The translations under genes were made by a program, and so were the position numbers. This document shows, in pieces, positions 35,893 through 44,360 of a stretch of 64,000 nt of DNA (position 1 is its first letter; each line of letters starts with the position of its first letter). Below the pieces are notes generated by a model that searched no databases, was not told the origin of the DNA, and saw only the letters and a list, made by a program, of their open reading frames with translations. The stretch spans positions 6,994 to 70,993 of the forward strand of contig JAHFLQ010000002.1 of the NCBI GenBank assembly GCA_023244815.1, in the 5' to 3' direction. Source of the DNA: a bacterium (GTDB taxonomy: Bacteria > Patescibacteriota > Minisyncoccia > UBA6257 > WO2-44-18).

Positions 35893-37236
35893 ATGAAAAC
35901 TTTATTTCTCTTCATTCCTCATTACGTTTTTACGTCCGACTTACTGCATACCAATTTTATAAAAAGTCTTTCGGAAAAATACCGGGTCGTGGTCTTTGGG
36001 CCAGTATCGTCTTCCAATTATTACCAGTCATCCAATGTGGAATATATCTCAAGGGAAGCGGAATATCCGAAGTTCTGGCTGCTTTTTACTAAAACGCTGC
36101 GCCTAAGCTTTGTCCGGGAGTTTGATAATCTAGAATATCTTAAACTTCGACGAAAGCAGAAAATTAACATGAACTGGCAGCGCTATCTCCTGCGGGGCAT
36201 AAGCTGGCTTCTTCCCCGCTCTCTTACTACTGCGAGCTTTTTCACTAAATTAGAAACATGGCTCTTGCCAAATTCCGAATCTTTTCAGAAATACGTGAAA
36301 AAATACCGCCCAAGCATCGTCCTTACCTGCACGCCAGGTTTTAACAATCTTGAAGCGGAAGCGATTATTCTCGCGAAAAAGAATGGCATCCCAACCGCCT
36401 CTATTAATTCCAGTTGGGATAATTATACTTCCAACTCTGTACAATTCCGGAGAACCGATTATTTAATTTGCTGGAACGAAGTTATGAAGAAAGAAGCGAT
36501 TAAAATCCACCGCTATCCGGAAAGTCGGGTTTTTGTTTCCGGCACTTATCGGTTCGACCACCATTTTCAGCCTCATGGCAAAGAACCAACTCGGGAGGAA
36601 TTTTTATTCAGCAAAGGCCTTGATCCGGCCCTAAAAACGCTTTGGCTCTGTACCGTACCGCCCAATACTTATCCGCCACAATATGGCGTGTGGAAAGAAA
36701 TTGTCAGAATGCGCGAAAGTGGCGAATTGGCGCAAAATGTGAACCTTTTTTTTCGCATTCACCCAAATGATGAGGCGGAGTATTATAAAGAATATCAAGG
36801 TCTGAAAAATATTCATGTTGAGCTAGCCGGCCATACCAAAGAAAAAGCTCCGGGCAGCGGTCAGAAAATAGAAATGGATGAAAAAGACCTGGACAATCTT
36901 CGCCATTCGTTTCAATACACCGATATCAATATCAACTTCCGTTCCAGTTTGAATCTAGAATCCTCGATCTACGACCAACCCTGCATTGACCTCGCGCTGG
37001 AAAATTATAGGGAGCGCTACTGGGTTGACTGGTACATTCCCCTTGTGGAAAGCGGCGGCTTAAAATTAGTCTCAACCGAAGAAGAATTGAGAAAAGCTAT
37101 CAATGATTATCTCAAAAACCCCAAATTGGATAGTTCGGGAAGAAAAAAGATATTTGATGACTATATTGGATTTCGCGATGGACTTTCATACCAAAGAAGC
37201 GTGGACGCCATCTCTAAAATTGTCACGTTAATTTAG
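35893..37236 (+). CDS. TagF-like GT-B transferase, paralog 4
   Basis: 447 aa. It is the more divergent copy. Motifs SINSSWDNYTSNS, RSSLNLESSIYDQPCIDLAL and the family C-terminus LSYQRSVDAI. Confidence 0.45.
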   Translation: MKTLFLFIPHYVFTSDLLHTNFIKSLSEKYRVVVFGPVSSSNYYQSSNVEYISREAEYPKFWLLFTKTLRLSFVREFDNLEYLKLRRKQKINMNWQRYLLRGISWLLPRSLTTASFFTKLETWLLPNSESFQKYVKKYRPSIVLTCTPGFNNLEAEAIILAKKNGIPTASINSSWDNYTSNSVQFRRTDYLICWNEVMKKEAIKIHRYPESRVFVSGTYRFDHHFQPHGKEPTREEFLFSKGLDPALKTLWLCTVPPNTYPPQYGVWKEIVRMRESGELAQNVNLFFRIHPNDEAEYYKEYQGLKNIHVELAGHTKEKAPGSGQKIEMDEKDLDNLRHSFQYTDININFRSSLNLESSIYDQPCIDLALENYRERYWVDWYIPLVESGGLKLVSTEEELRKAINDYLKNPKLDSSGRKKIFDDYIGFRDGLSYQRSVDAISKIVTLI

Positions 37237-37262
37237 GCCTCATAAAGTGTTACTATTTCCGT

Positions 37263-37958
37263 ATGCGTTATTTGAATCCAGAAGAAAGGAAAGATAGCAA
37301 AGAAGTAAGAGAGTACTTGAGTGAATTCGTATCTCAGTCTATTAAGCATAATTTTCCTCTCCAAACACTTCAGAAATACCGCCCCGAAAAAAGCACCCGC
37401 ATTTTGGACGCGGGAACCGCCAGCGGCGCTTTTCTTAAGCAACTAAGCGAGGCGGGATATGAGAATCTTTATGGGCTGGATTTGGATAATTACATTACTT
37501 CTGGCGTAGTCCTGAAAGAATTCCAAAAGGCAGATCTAAATACCGGCATTCTGCCGTTTTCCGATAATAGCTTTGATGCCATCACCGCCTGGTGTGTCAT
37601 AGCCCATTTGGAAAATCCGCACCACTTTATCCGTGAAGCCCGCCGCATCCTGAAACGAGGCGGGGTGCTGATCCTAACGCTTCCCAATATTGAATCGAAT
37701 TCCGAAAAACTGAATTTTTACAAAAAGGGTGAGTTCATCGCCTACAAACCAAACAACGATCACATTACAATTTGGACGCCGTCAATCTTAAAGAAAACAA
37801 CTTCCCTTTATTTTGATCTGATCGGCGAAGAGTATCTTGTCAAAAATAAACACTTCCGTGGCATCCAGGGCTTGGTGAGAAAGTGGCTACTGGGAAAAAA
37901 CCGGAACTTACCCCATAAGTGGGGATCGAAAGTAGCGTACTTACTAAAAAAGAAATAA
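37263..37958 (+). CDS. Class I SAM-dependent methyltransferase, family A copy 3
   Basis: 231 aa. ILDAGTASGAF and ILKRGGVLILTLP, plus the shared FSDNSFDAITAWCVIAHLENPHH block. Confidence 0.6.
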   Translation: MRYLNPEERKDSKEVREYLSEFVSQSIKHNFPLQTLQKYRPEKSTRILDAGTASGAFLKQLSEAGYENLYGLDLDNYITSGVVLKEFQKADLNTGILPFSDNSFDAITAWCVIAHLENPHHFIREARRILKRGGVLILTLPNIESNSEKLNFYKKGEFIAYKPNNDHITIWTPSILKKTTSLYFDLIGEEYLVKNKHFRGIQGLVRKWLLGKNRNLPHKWGSKVAYLLKKK

Positions 37959-38030
37959 CCATCAGATGCCAGCGGATGCTGCCGCGCAATGAGATGATCT
38001 TTCGAAAAAGTCGAAGAAACGGCCGGTTTT

Positions 38031-39380
38031 TTATTGCAATTTTTCTCCCACTATGCCGGCGAGAACATTGCCAAGCCGTTCTCCCGATTTGCCGTCCAGT
38101 TTATAGCAATAACGCTCGCGCACCAGCTGACGCCCCTCTGCGCCCAACTTCGGATCGGCAAGATGGGCCTTAAGCTGGCCGACGAATTCATCCACATTTT
38201 CGGAAAGTTTCACCCCGCCGGTCGCGATCAGATCACGGGCGCAGTCCATATCAAAGAACCAGCGCACGCTCTGGTGATACGGCATTGGCTTTGTGTTAAA
38301 ACCGATAAAAAATGCCGGCTTGTCAAAAACAATGGCATCGATGGCCAGTGTGGAAATATGAGAAACCATGGCATCGCAGTGATATAAAAGGTCAGCCAGG
38401 TGATCGTCACCAGCCATAATGTCAGCTTTTATGAAATCCTCGGCGCTTTCGGGCTCATCAATAGTAAGTGCATTAGGAATAGGCTTAAGCTTCCCAAGAT
38501 TGGTCTTCCCTACTAAAGCAGATCTGACGATAACTTGAATATTTTCAAACGGCGCGAGGGCATGAACAATCATCTCCGCAATCGGATCACTAGCATAGTA
38601 CAGGAGCGGGGGAGAAAGAATGATGGTTTTCTTCTTTGGATCAAGATTCAGTGAATGAAAAAACTCTTCACGGGGTTTCCGCCTATCTTTAACATAACGA
38701 TCATAATGGGGCACGCCTATAACATCAACTTTGCTCGGATAGACATCGCCGTACCGCACAATGTCCTCTTTCATCTTTTCCGCCTGAACCACTACATAAT
38801 CCGGAACAAAGTGATTCAATCCTTTAGTGCTTAAATTATCCCACGAACGGACCATGCCCAGAGTCGCAACTCCTCGCAAATGCGCTTCGCGCATTATCTC
38901 CACGTCTTGATGGCGAAATATATCTGTCGCAAATACCAGATCCGGATTGTATTTATTAAAATATTTTTTATAACGATCTTTTCGCGTTAATAAATAGGCG
39001 GAACGGCGCGCCAGTTGACGAATTAATTTGATCCTGCCCAGCCAGCCTATCAAAGTAAGAATCGCGGCATGAAAATATTTGCCCTGTTCCCTGATAGCGC
39101 TACGCGCTATCTTGGCAGATTCAGTGGGAGATAAAAAGAAGAAGAGTTTTGCTAAAAAAAGCTCGAAAGGCGTTTCCGGAATAGATGGCACACCTTCAAC
39201 AATCACCCGATCGGATCCAAATAGGCCCTGATAGGTTTTCTGCTTTTCTTCCGGAAGCAAGATGACAACCCTGGCCCCGGAAGAATGCGCGAATAGCGTT
39301 TTTAATATATCAGTCCCCAAAAGATTACGCCCGATCAGGCCGTAAAAAGAAGTTATAAAGATAGTTTTTTGCTTGTTCAT
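38031..39380 (-). CDS. TagF-like GT-B transferase, paralog 5
   Basis: 449 aa. MNKQKTIFITSFYGLIGRNLL...GMVRSWDNLSTKG...LADLLYHCDAMVSHISTLAIDAIVFDKPAFFIGFN...LDGKSGERLGNVL. Confidence 0.5.
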   Translation of the reverse strand: MNKQKTIFITSFYGLIGRNLLGTDILKTLFAHSSGARVVILLPEEKQKTYQGLFGSDRVIVEGVPSIPETPFELFLAKLFFFLSPTESAKIARSAIREQGKYFHAAILTLIGWLGRIKLIRQLARRSAYLLTRKDRYKKYFNKYNPDLVFATDIFRHQDVEIMREAHLRGVATLGMVRSWDNLSTKGLNHFVPDYVVVQAEKMKEDIVRYGDVYPSKVDVIGVPHYDRYVKDRRKPREEFFHSLNLDPKKKTIILSPPLLYYASDPIAEMIVHALAPFENIQVIVRSALVGKTNLGKLKPIPNALTIDEPESAEDFIKADIMAGDDHLADLLYHCDAMVSHISTLAIDAIVFDKPAFFIGFNTKPMPYHQSVRWFFDMDCARDLIATGGVKLSENVDEFVGQLKAHLADPKLGAEGRQLVRERYCYKLDGKSGERLGNVLAGIVGEKLQ

Positions 39381-39383
39381 TTA

Positions 39384-40775
39384 TTAATTTCTTTTTATAG
39401 ACGGCAATAAACCGCGAAATTGGGAAAAGAGTTGGCTGGCAAATTGCTTATCAGTTTTATCAAACCTGAATAATCGGTGAAGTTTTATTTTAAATTCGGG
39501 ATGGTGCCTGGTGAGCTGGCTATAAAGAAACCAGGTACGCTCAATATACCGTGCTAGGTATATAATTCCTATTCCGGTTATGCCAATTGTTGGCAAGAAA
39601 ATAACCGATCCCACAATGAGAATAATCAGTTCGTTTAATAAACGCCTAGCCAAAACTTTATATTCCCGCAAAGAAGCAAGTATGGTGTGAAGAATCTTGG
39701 CCACTCCATAAAGAGGCAGTCCGAAAGTCAGGGATATAAAAACCGGAATAGCGGGTGTGTATTTTGGGAAAATAAAAACCACTAAAGGCGGGACAGCAAC
39801 GACGCTTATGATCAGAAACGCGCTACCTATCCAAAACACGTACTTCACCGCTACTTTGGAAATATAGGCCAGCTCATCTAGCTTATCAGCCTTCAGCGCC
39901 AAAATAGGCTTTATTCCGGAGAGAGGCATAAAATCTTGTATAAAAGCTACTAGGCTTAGAGACAAAGAATATAATCCAACTCCTTCGGTATTCACAAAAA
40001 AGTTAATGAGCCACGGAGTTATATCTTGTAAGATTTCTTTCATTCCAAAAATCGCGAAAATTCTTGGGCCGTGATTTTTCACCATGGGAATCATCAGAGG
40101 CTCCGGCGCTGACTGAACATTTCTAAAGGCTTTCTGATACATTTTAATAAAAATAAAAATTGAGGAGGCAAAAGTAGCAATGCCCTCTGCGACAACGTGG
40201 GCAATGAAAACTTCCGTGATCGTGAACCGATGCAGTAGTAAAAACCCTATGATCAGGGCAAGTTTGATAAATTCTCTAAATGCCGAAACGCCTTGCTGGC
40301 TAAAAGAAACAACAGATTGCAAGAATATCGATATTAGAGATTGAAAAGAGCTGGTTAGCAATAAAATGCTGGCCCATTTAATTAAGATAGATATATCCTT
40401 GCCGTAAAAATTGGCTACGATATCGGACCCAAAAAAGACCGCGGCGGCCATAAGCGCGCCGGCTGCTAATTTAAAAAAAATGTTTTCTTTAAAGAGTTTC
40501 TTGGCAAGATCCGGCCTTTGGAGATTAAAATAGCGCCGCATATCCAGAGTGACTAAACCGTCAAAGAAATTAATGCCGATCCCTCGCAAAATAGAAATAA
40601 AAGATAAGATAAGCTGGTAGAGTCCGAAGGAAAACACGCTCAGCGTGCTGATAATAAAATAAGAATTAACTAAGGTTATGCCTGTTTCTAGGGCGCCAAA
40701 CACTCTCTTCGCAGATTCCGCCCTAAAAAAATAGTGCGCTAAAGGCTTTGTTTGGTCTTTCTGGCCTACAATCAT
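39384..40775 (-). CDS. Wzx-like oligosaccharide/polysaccharide flippase (MOP superfamily)
   Basis: 463 aa with about 12-14 TM helices and the typical polysaccharide-biosynthesis-protein topology. It lies within the glycan locus. Confidence 0.55.
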   Translation of the reverse strand: MIVGQKDQTKPLAHYFFRAESAKRVFGALETGITLVNSYFIISTLSVFSFGLYQLILSFISILRGIGINFFDGLVTLDMRRYFNLQRPDLAKKLFKENIFFKLAAGALMAAAVFFGSDIVANFYGKDISILIKWASILLLTSSFQSLISIFLQSVVSFSQQGVSAFREFIKLALIIGFLLLHRFTITEVFIAHVVAEGIATFASSIFIFIKMYQKAFRNVQSAPEPLMIPMVKNHGPRIFAIFGMKEILQDITPWLINFFVNTEGVGLYSLSLSLVAFIQDFMPLSGIKPILALKADKLDELAYISKVAVKYVFWIGSAFLIISVVAVPPLVVFIFPKYTPAIPVFISLTFGLPLYGVAKILHTILASLREYKVLARRLLNELIILIVGSVIFLPTIGITGIGIIYLARYIERTWFLYSQLTRHHPEFKIKLHRLFRFDKTDKQFASQLFSQFRGLLPSIKRN

Positions 40776-41536
40776 TTCGCCGCACGTTTCTGCTTTAATA
40801 ATCCTGCTACTATTTCCAAATCCCGCGGCTCATCAATATCCACCGCTGTTTTGGGATCGGAAATTACCGCGCCAATCGGCCCGGCGAATACGGCCCTCAC
40901 TCCTCGTTTTATATTTTTTGCCCAAATAGCATCCACGGCACCATTATGGAAATAAACTTTCGACAATTTCTGTCTTGGCACGTCATTGCCCCATTTGGCA
41001 AAATCCACTCGAGATACAAATTCCGGCAAAAGCGAGTGCAGTCTGTTTGTTTGTTTATCGACTATCCACATCCGGTAGGGATGCTGGTCCGGTTTTGCTA
41101 CTGTCCTGACCATGCTAAAATTTCCCTTTTTTAAAACCTTAATTACTTTATCAATGTCGCTCGCCGGACGAAGCGGCGAGGTAGCCTTGATAATCACGAC
41201 AATTTCCGGCTGCCAGCCGCGGTGTTTTTCCAACCAAGCCAAAGCGTGTTGCTGATATTCGATTTCGGCAGAAAATTTTTCCGCGGTATTGCTTGGGCGT
41301 AAAAATGGCACGTCAGCGCCTAGGCGCTTCGCCACCTTGGCAATTTTCGGGCTGTCCGTAGAAACAATAAAGGCGTCTAGAAGTTTGGACTTCTGAGCTT
41401 CCTGGATTGAATAGTAGATGAGGGGCTTGCCGCCAACATCTGCTATATTTTTGTACCGGATGCTGGTTGATCCGCCGCGAGCCGGAATAATGCCTAATAT
41501 CTTTACCTTATGCGGACTAGTTTCTCTCATATACAA
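40772..41536 (-). CDS. CMP-sugar cytidylyltransferase (NeuA/KdsB family), paralog 4
   Basis: 254 aa. VKILGIIPARGGSTSIRYKNI. Same CTP-transferase-3 family as the tandem trio at 3669-5824. Confidence 0.7.
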   Translation of the reverse strand: MYMRETSPHKVKILGIIPARGGSTSIRYKNIADVGGKPLIYYSIQEAQKSKLLDAFIVSTDSPKIAKVAKRLGADVPFLRPSNTAEKFSAEIEYQQHALAWLEKHRGWQPEIVVIIKATSPLRPASDIDKVIKVLKKGNFSMVRTVAKPDQHPYRMWIVDKQTNRLHSLLPEFVSRVDFAKWGNDVPRQKLSKVYFHNGAVDAIWAKNIKRGVRAVFAGPIGAVISDPKTAVDIDEPRDLEIVAGLLKQKRAAK

Positions 41537-41562
41537 AGATAATAATGAAACTGAAATTAAGG

Positions 41563-43719
41563 CTAAATTGTCACCGATTTAAGGCAATCCGCGAGACGGA
41601 TCACTAGAGTTGCCAGACTATGCTTTTCGACGATAAGCGCGCGCATTGTTTCTGATATTTTACCAACTTCTACCAATGGTTTTTTAATAAATGCCGTTAT
41701 TTTTCCCGCCAAATCTTTATAGTTATTTTCTTCAAACATTAATTGTCCGACCAAATTTTCCGGGAAAATATCCAAAAACGCCTTATTGCTCACAATTGCC
41801 GGCAAACCACAGGCCATGGCTTCCAGTGTGCTTTTGTCGAAACTTCCGGTATCGGTGAGATTAATAAATAAGTCATACTGATTGTAAATTCCCGGAGTTG
41901 CATAATTAGGCACCGACGAAAGGAATTTTACCCGATCGAATATGCCAAGGTCGGTCGCCAATTTTTTGATTTCTTCATAATACGCAGTCTCTATTGGCTT
42001 GCCCGGCGTTGGCTCGCCTAAAATTGTTAGCGAAGCATTGTCGGTATGATACAGAGCGGCAAAAGCCCGAAGCAAAACATCAACGTGCTTCACTGGCGCG
42101 ATTCTCCCTAAAAACAATATCTTGAATCCTGAATCTTGAATCGTGAATCGTGAATCTCCGAACGGCTTAAACCGCTCTGTATCAATTCCCTGTTGCAACA
42201 CTTCAAGTTTCCTGCTCTGAAATGGATATGCCAAACGTACCGAAGTGACAATTTTATCCGGAAAAATCGCCGCGAGTTTTAGTTTCCATGTACCACGATA
42301 ATGGGCATACCAGAAAACCACGCGCCTGCCCAGTAATCTCCACAGCCAGCCGGCTAAAATTAAATACTCCGGATTCATGTGTACGAAAACCACGTCATAA
42401 TCATTTCTAAGACGCCAAACATATCTATAAAAATTAATCAGGTATTTTAATCTACCGGCATTGGATTCTTTGCCCAGAGAATGAGTTGCCACGTTGGGCG
42501 GTAAATTAGTCCGGCCACGGTAAAGGCAGATCACATGCACTTTGTCGAACTTTCCCGCTAAACCGGCAACCCATTGGTGATAAACACCTAAAACATCGTC
42601 GTCCAGATCCAATTTTTGGGTGATAAACAGTAATTTTTTAAACTTTTCTAGTTTTAAAGAATTCGCGTAAGCCGTTAGATATTCCTGCTTGCTAGGCAAA
42701 TTTTTTATAACTTCCTTTTGCTTGTTAACTAATTCCTGTCGCTCCTTAAAATCTCCGATAAGACTCTGCACGGCAGATGCCACCGCTTGTCGATCGCCAA
42801 CTGGCACTACTTTTCCTATCGCCACACCCACGTCGGTCATCACGACCGGGACGGCGGCTATCGCGGCCTCTACTGCCACGCGGCCATAGCCTTCATAATT
42901 AGAGGTCAGTAAAAATAAATCCGCGTTTTTGTAGTAGCTCGCGAGATCATCATTATACGGCTTAATGACAACATTATTCTGTAGTCGGTAATTGGTAATT
43001 AGTAATTGGAGTTTTCTACGCTCTGGCCCATCCCCAACAATCACTAGCCGTAATTTTGGATTTTCTTTGACTAAATCAGCCATGGCCTCAATTGCTAGGC
43101 CAATGTTTTTCTCTCTGGTAAGCCGGGACGCCATCAGTATTAAAAAATCTTGGCCGTTACCGGCTTTTACGTTTTGAATCCCAACAAGGTCGGTAAAGAT
43201 TGGCAAGGTGGTGATTTTCTCCTCCCCAGTTACTGTTCGTTTAATCAAAGATTTTTTTATACGATCGGAAACTACTCGTACGCCATCCGCTTTTGGCAAA
43301 ATCCTTTTCGCAATCCATATGCGCAACCGGTTTTTGAAAGATTCGCCCGCAAAATAAGGACTTAAAAAATCCGTATGGACCTGAAGCTGAAGAGGCGCCT
43401 TGAACTGACGGGCTAATCGGTAGGCGATCCAGCCGTTTTCAAATGGATCCTGCGCGGTAACTACCCATTGGCCACCAGATTTTAGCAATCGTTCACCTAT
43501 CCCATAAGCAGTCCAAAGTGCCCAGAACTTGAATCTGGAATCGGTAGGGTGCGCGACGGCATTTTCTGATATTAAATCTTCTGTTTTGCCAAAATCCTTC
43601 GCGGTCAGAACAATAATATGCAGCTCGTCGAAATACTGACTGTATTCCCGCATTCTCTTTCTTGCTTCCGAATTTTCTCGCAGAATATTTTCATCTGTAG
43701 AAAGCATTAACACTTTCAT
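41563..43719 (-). CDS. Double-module GT4 glycosyltransferase (two GT-B units in one 718-aa polypeptide)
   Basis: Module 1 has VIVGDGPERRKLQLLITNYRLQ...EGYGRVAVEAAIAAVPVV. Module 2 has ILFLGRIAPVKHVDVLL...FDKSTLEAMACGLPAIVS. It contains two heptamer tracts. Confidence 0.65.
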   Translation of the reverse strand: MKVLMLSTDENILRENSEARKRMREYSQYFDELHIIVLTAKDFGKTEDLISENAVAHPTDSRFKFWALWTAYGIGERLLKSGGQWVVTAQDPFENGWIAYRLARQFKAPLQLQVHTDFLSPYFAGESFKNRLRIWIAKRILPKADGVRVVSDRIKKSLIKRTVTGEEKITTLPIFTDLVGIQNVKAGNGQDFLILMASRLTREKNIGLAIEAMADLVKENPKLRLVIVGDGPERRKLQLLITNYRLQNNVVIKPYNDDLASYYKNADLFLLTSNYEGYGRVAVEAAIAAVPVVMTDVGVAIGKVVPVGDRQAVASAVQSLIGDFKERQELVNKQKEVIKNLPSKQEYLTAYANSLKLEKFKKLLFITQKLDLDDDVLGVYHQWVAGLAGKFDKVHVICLYRGRTNLPPNVATHSLGKESNAGRLKYLINFYRYVWRLRNDYDVVFVHMNPEYLILAGWLWRLLGRRVVFWYAHYRGTWKLKLAAIFPDKIVTSVRLAYPFQSRKLEVLQQGIDTERFKPFGDSRFTIQDSGFKILFLGRIAPVKHVDVLLRAFAALYHTDNASLTILGEPTPGKPIETAYYEEIKKLATDLGIFDRVKFLSSVPNYATPGIYNQYDLFINLTDTGSFDKSTLEAMACGLPAIVSNKAFLDIFPENLVGQLMFEENNYKDLAGKITAFIKKPLVEVGKISETMRALIVEKHSLATLVIRLADCLKSVTI
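42124..42158. repeat. Tandem heptanucleotide tract (GAATCNT) x5 inside a coding sequence
   Basis: gaatcct gaatctt gaatcgt gaatcgt gaatctc. In frame on the minus strand it encodes GDSRFTIQDSGFK. Confidence 0.9.
42981..43008. repeat. Tandem heptanucleotide tract (GTAATTR) x3, plus one degenerate unit, inside a coding sequence
   Basis: gtagtcg gtaattg gtaatta gtaattg. It encodes LQLLITNYRL. Confidence 0.9.
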
Positions 43720-43721
43720 TG

Positions 43722-44360
43722 CTATTTGGACAACTTTTCCAGTACAAAAAAATAATGATAGTGGTTCAACACCGGCCGAACCTCTTTCAATACTGTAAAG
43801 TATTGTTTTAAAACACGGCGAACTTTAGATAAGGAATATTTCCAGGCATCAATCTCCCAATAATGCTGGCCAGAAACTTTAATGCCGCCGAACTTCAGCG
43901 GCATTCTGACAAAGAAATCTAGAAACGACTTCTTAAACAAAGTCCGGACACCGGGGAAGCGCAAGGCCACCTCCCAACCGCTGGATTTATAAGGCAAAGA
44001 TAATACGATGTATCTTGAACTGACGCGCTTAAGTTCGGAGAGCGCTTTGGGCAAATCTTCAAACGGAATGTGTTCCAGAATCTCAAACGCCGTAACCGTC
44101 TCAAATTCGCCGTCGCGAAACGGTAAATTACGCACATCGGCCACCACATCTGGATTCAGATTCTTGTCAAAATCGCAGGTAGTAACCAAACCCCCCAACT
44201 TTTTCAGATAATCGGAAAAAGTGCCATTGCCCTTCCCAAGCTCCAAAACATTTTTAGGATTTAAGCCGGTCGTCAGATCAATCTGATAAAAATAGGAAAT
44301 AAACCGGTTTAGATCGTCATATTTCTTAACAAAATAATGTTTTTTATCTACCTGAGGCAT
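43722..44360 (-). CDS. Class I SAM-dependent methyltransferase
   Basis: 212 aa. VLELGKGNGTFS is motif I and RYIVLSLP is motif II. Confidence 0.55.
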   Translation of the reverse strand: MPQVDKKHYFVKKYDDLNRFISYFYQIDLTTGLNPKNVLELGKGNGTFSDYLKKLGGLVTTCDFDKNLNPDVVADVRNLPFRDGEFETVTAFEILEHIPFEDLPKALSELKRVSSRYIVLSLPYKSSGWEVALRFPGVRTLFKKSFLDFFVRMPLKFGGIKVSGQHYWEIDAWKYSLSKVRRVLKQYFTVLKEVRPVLNHYHYFFVLEKLSK

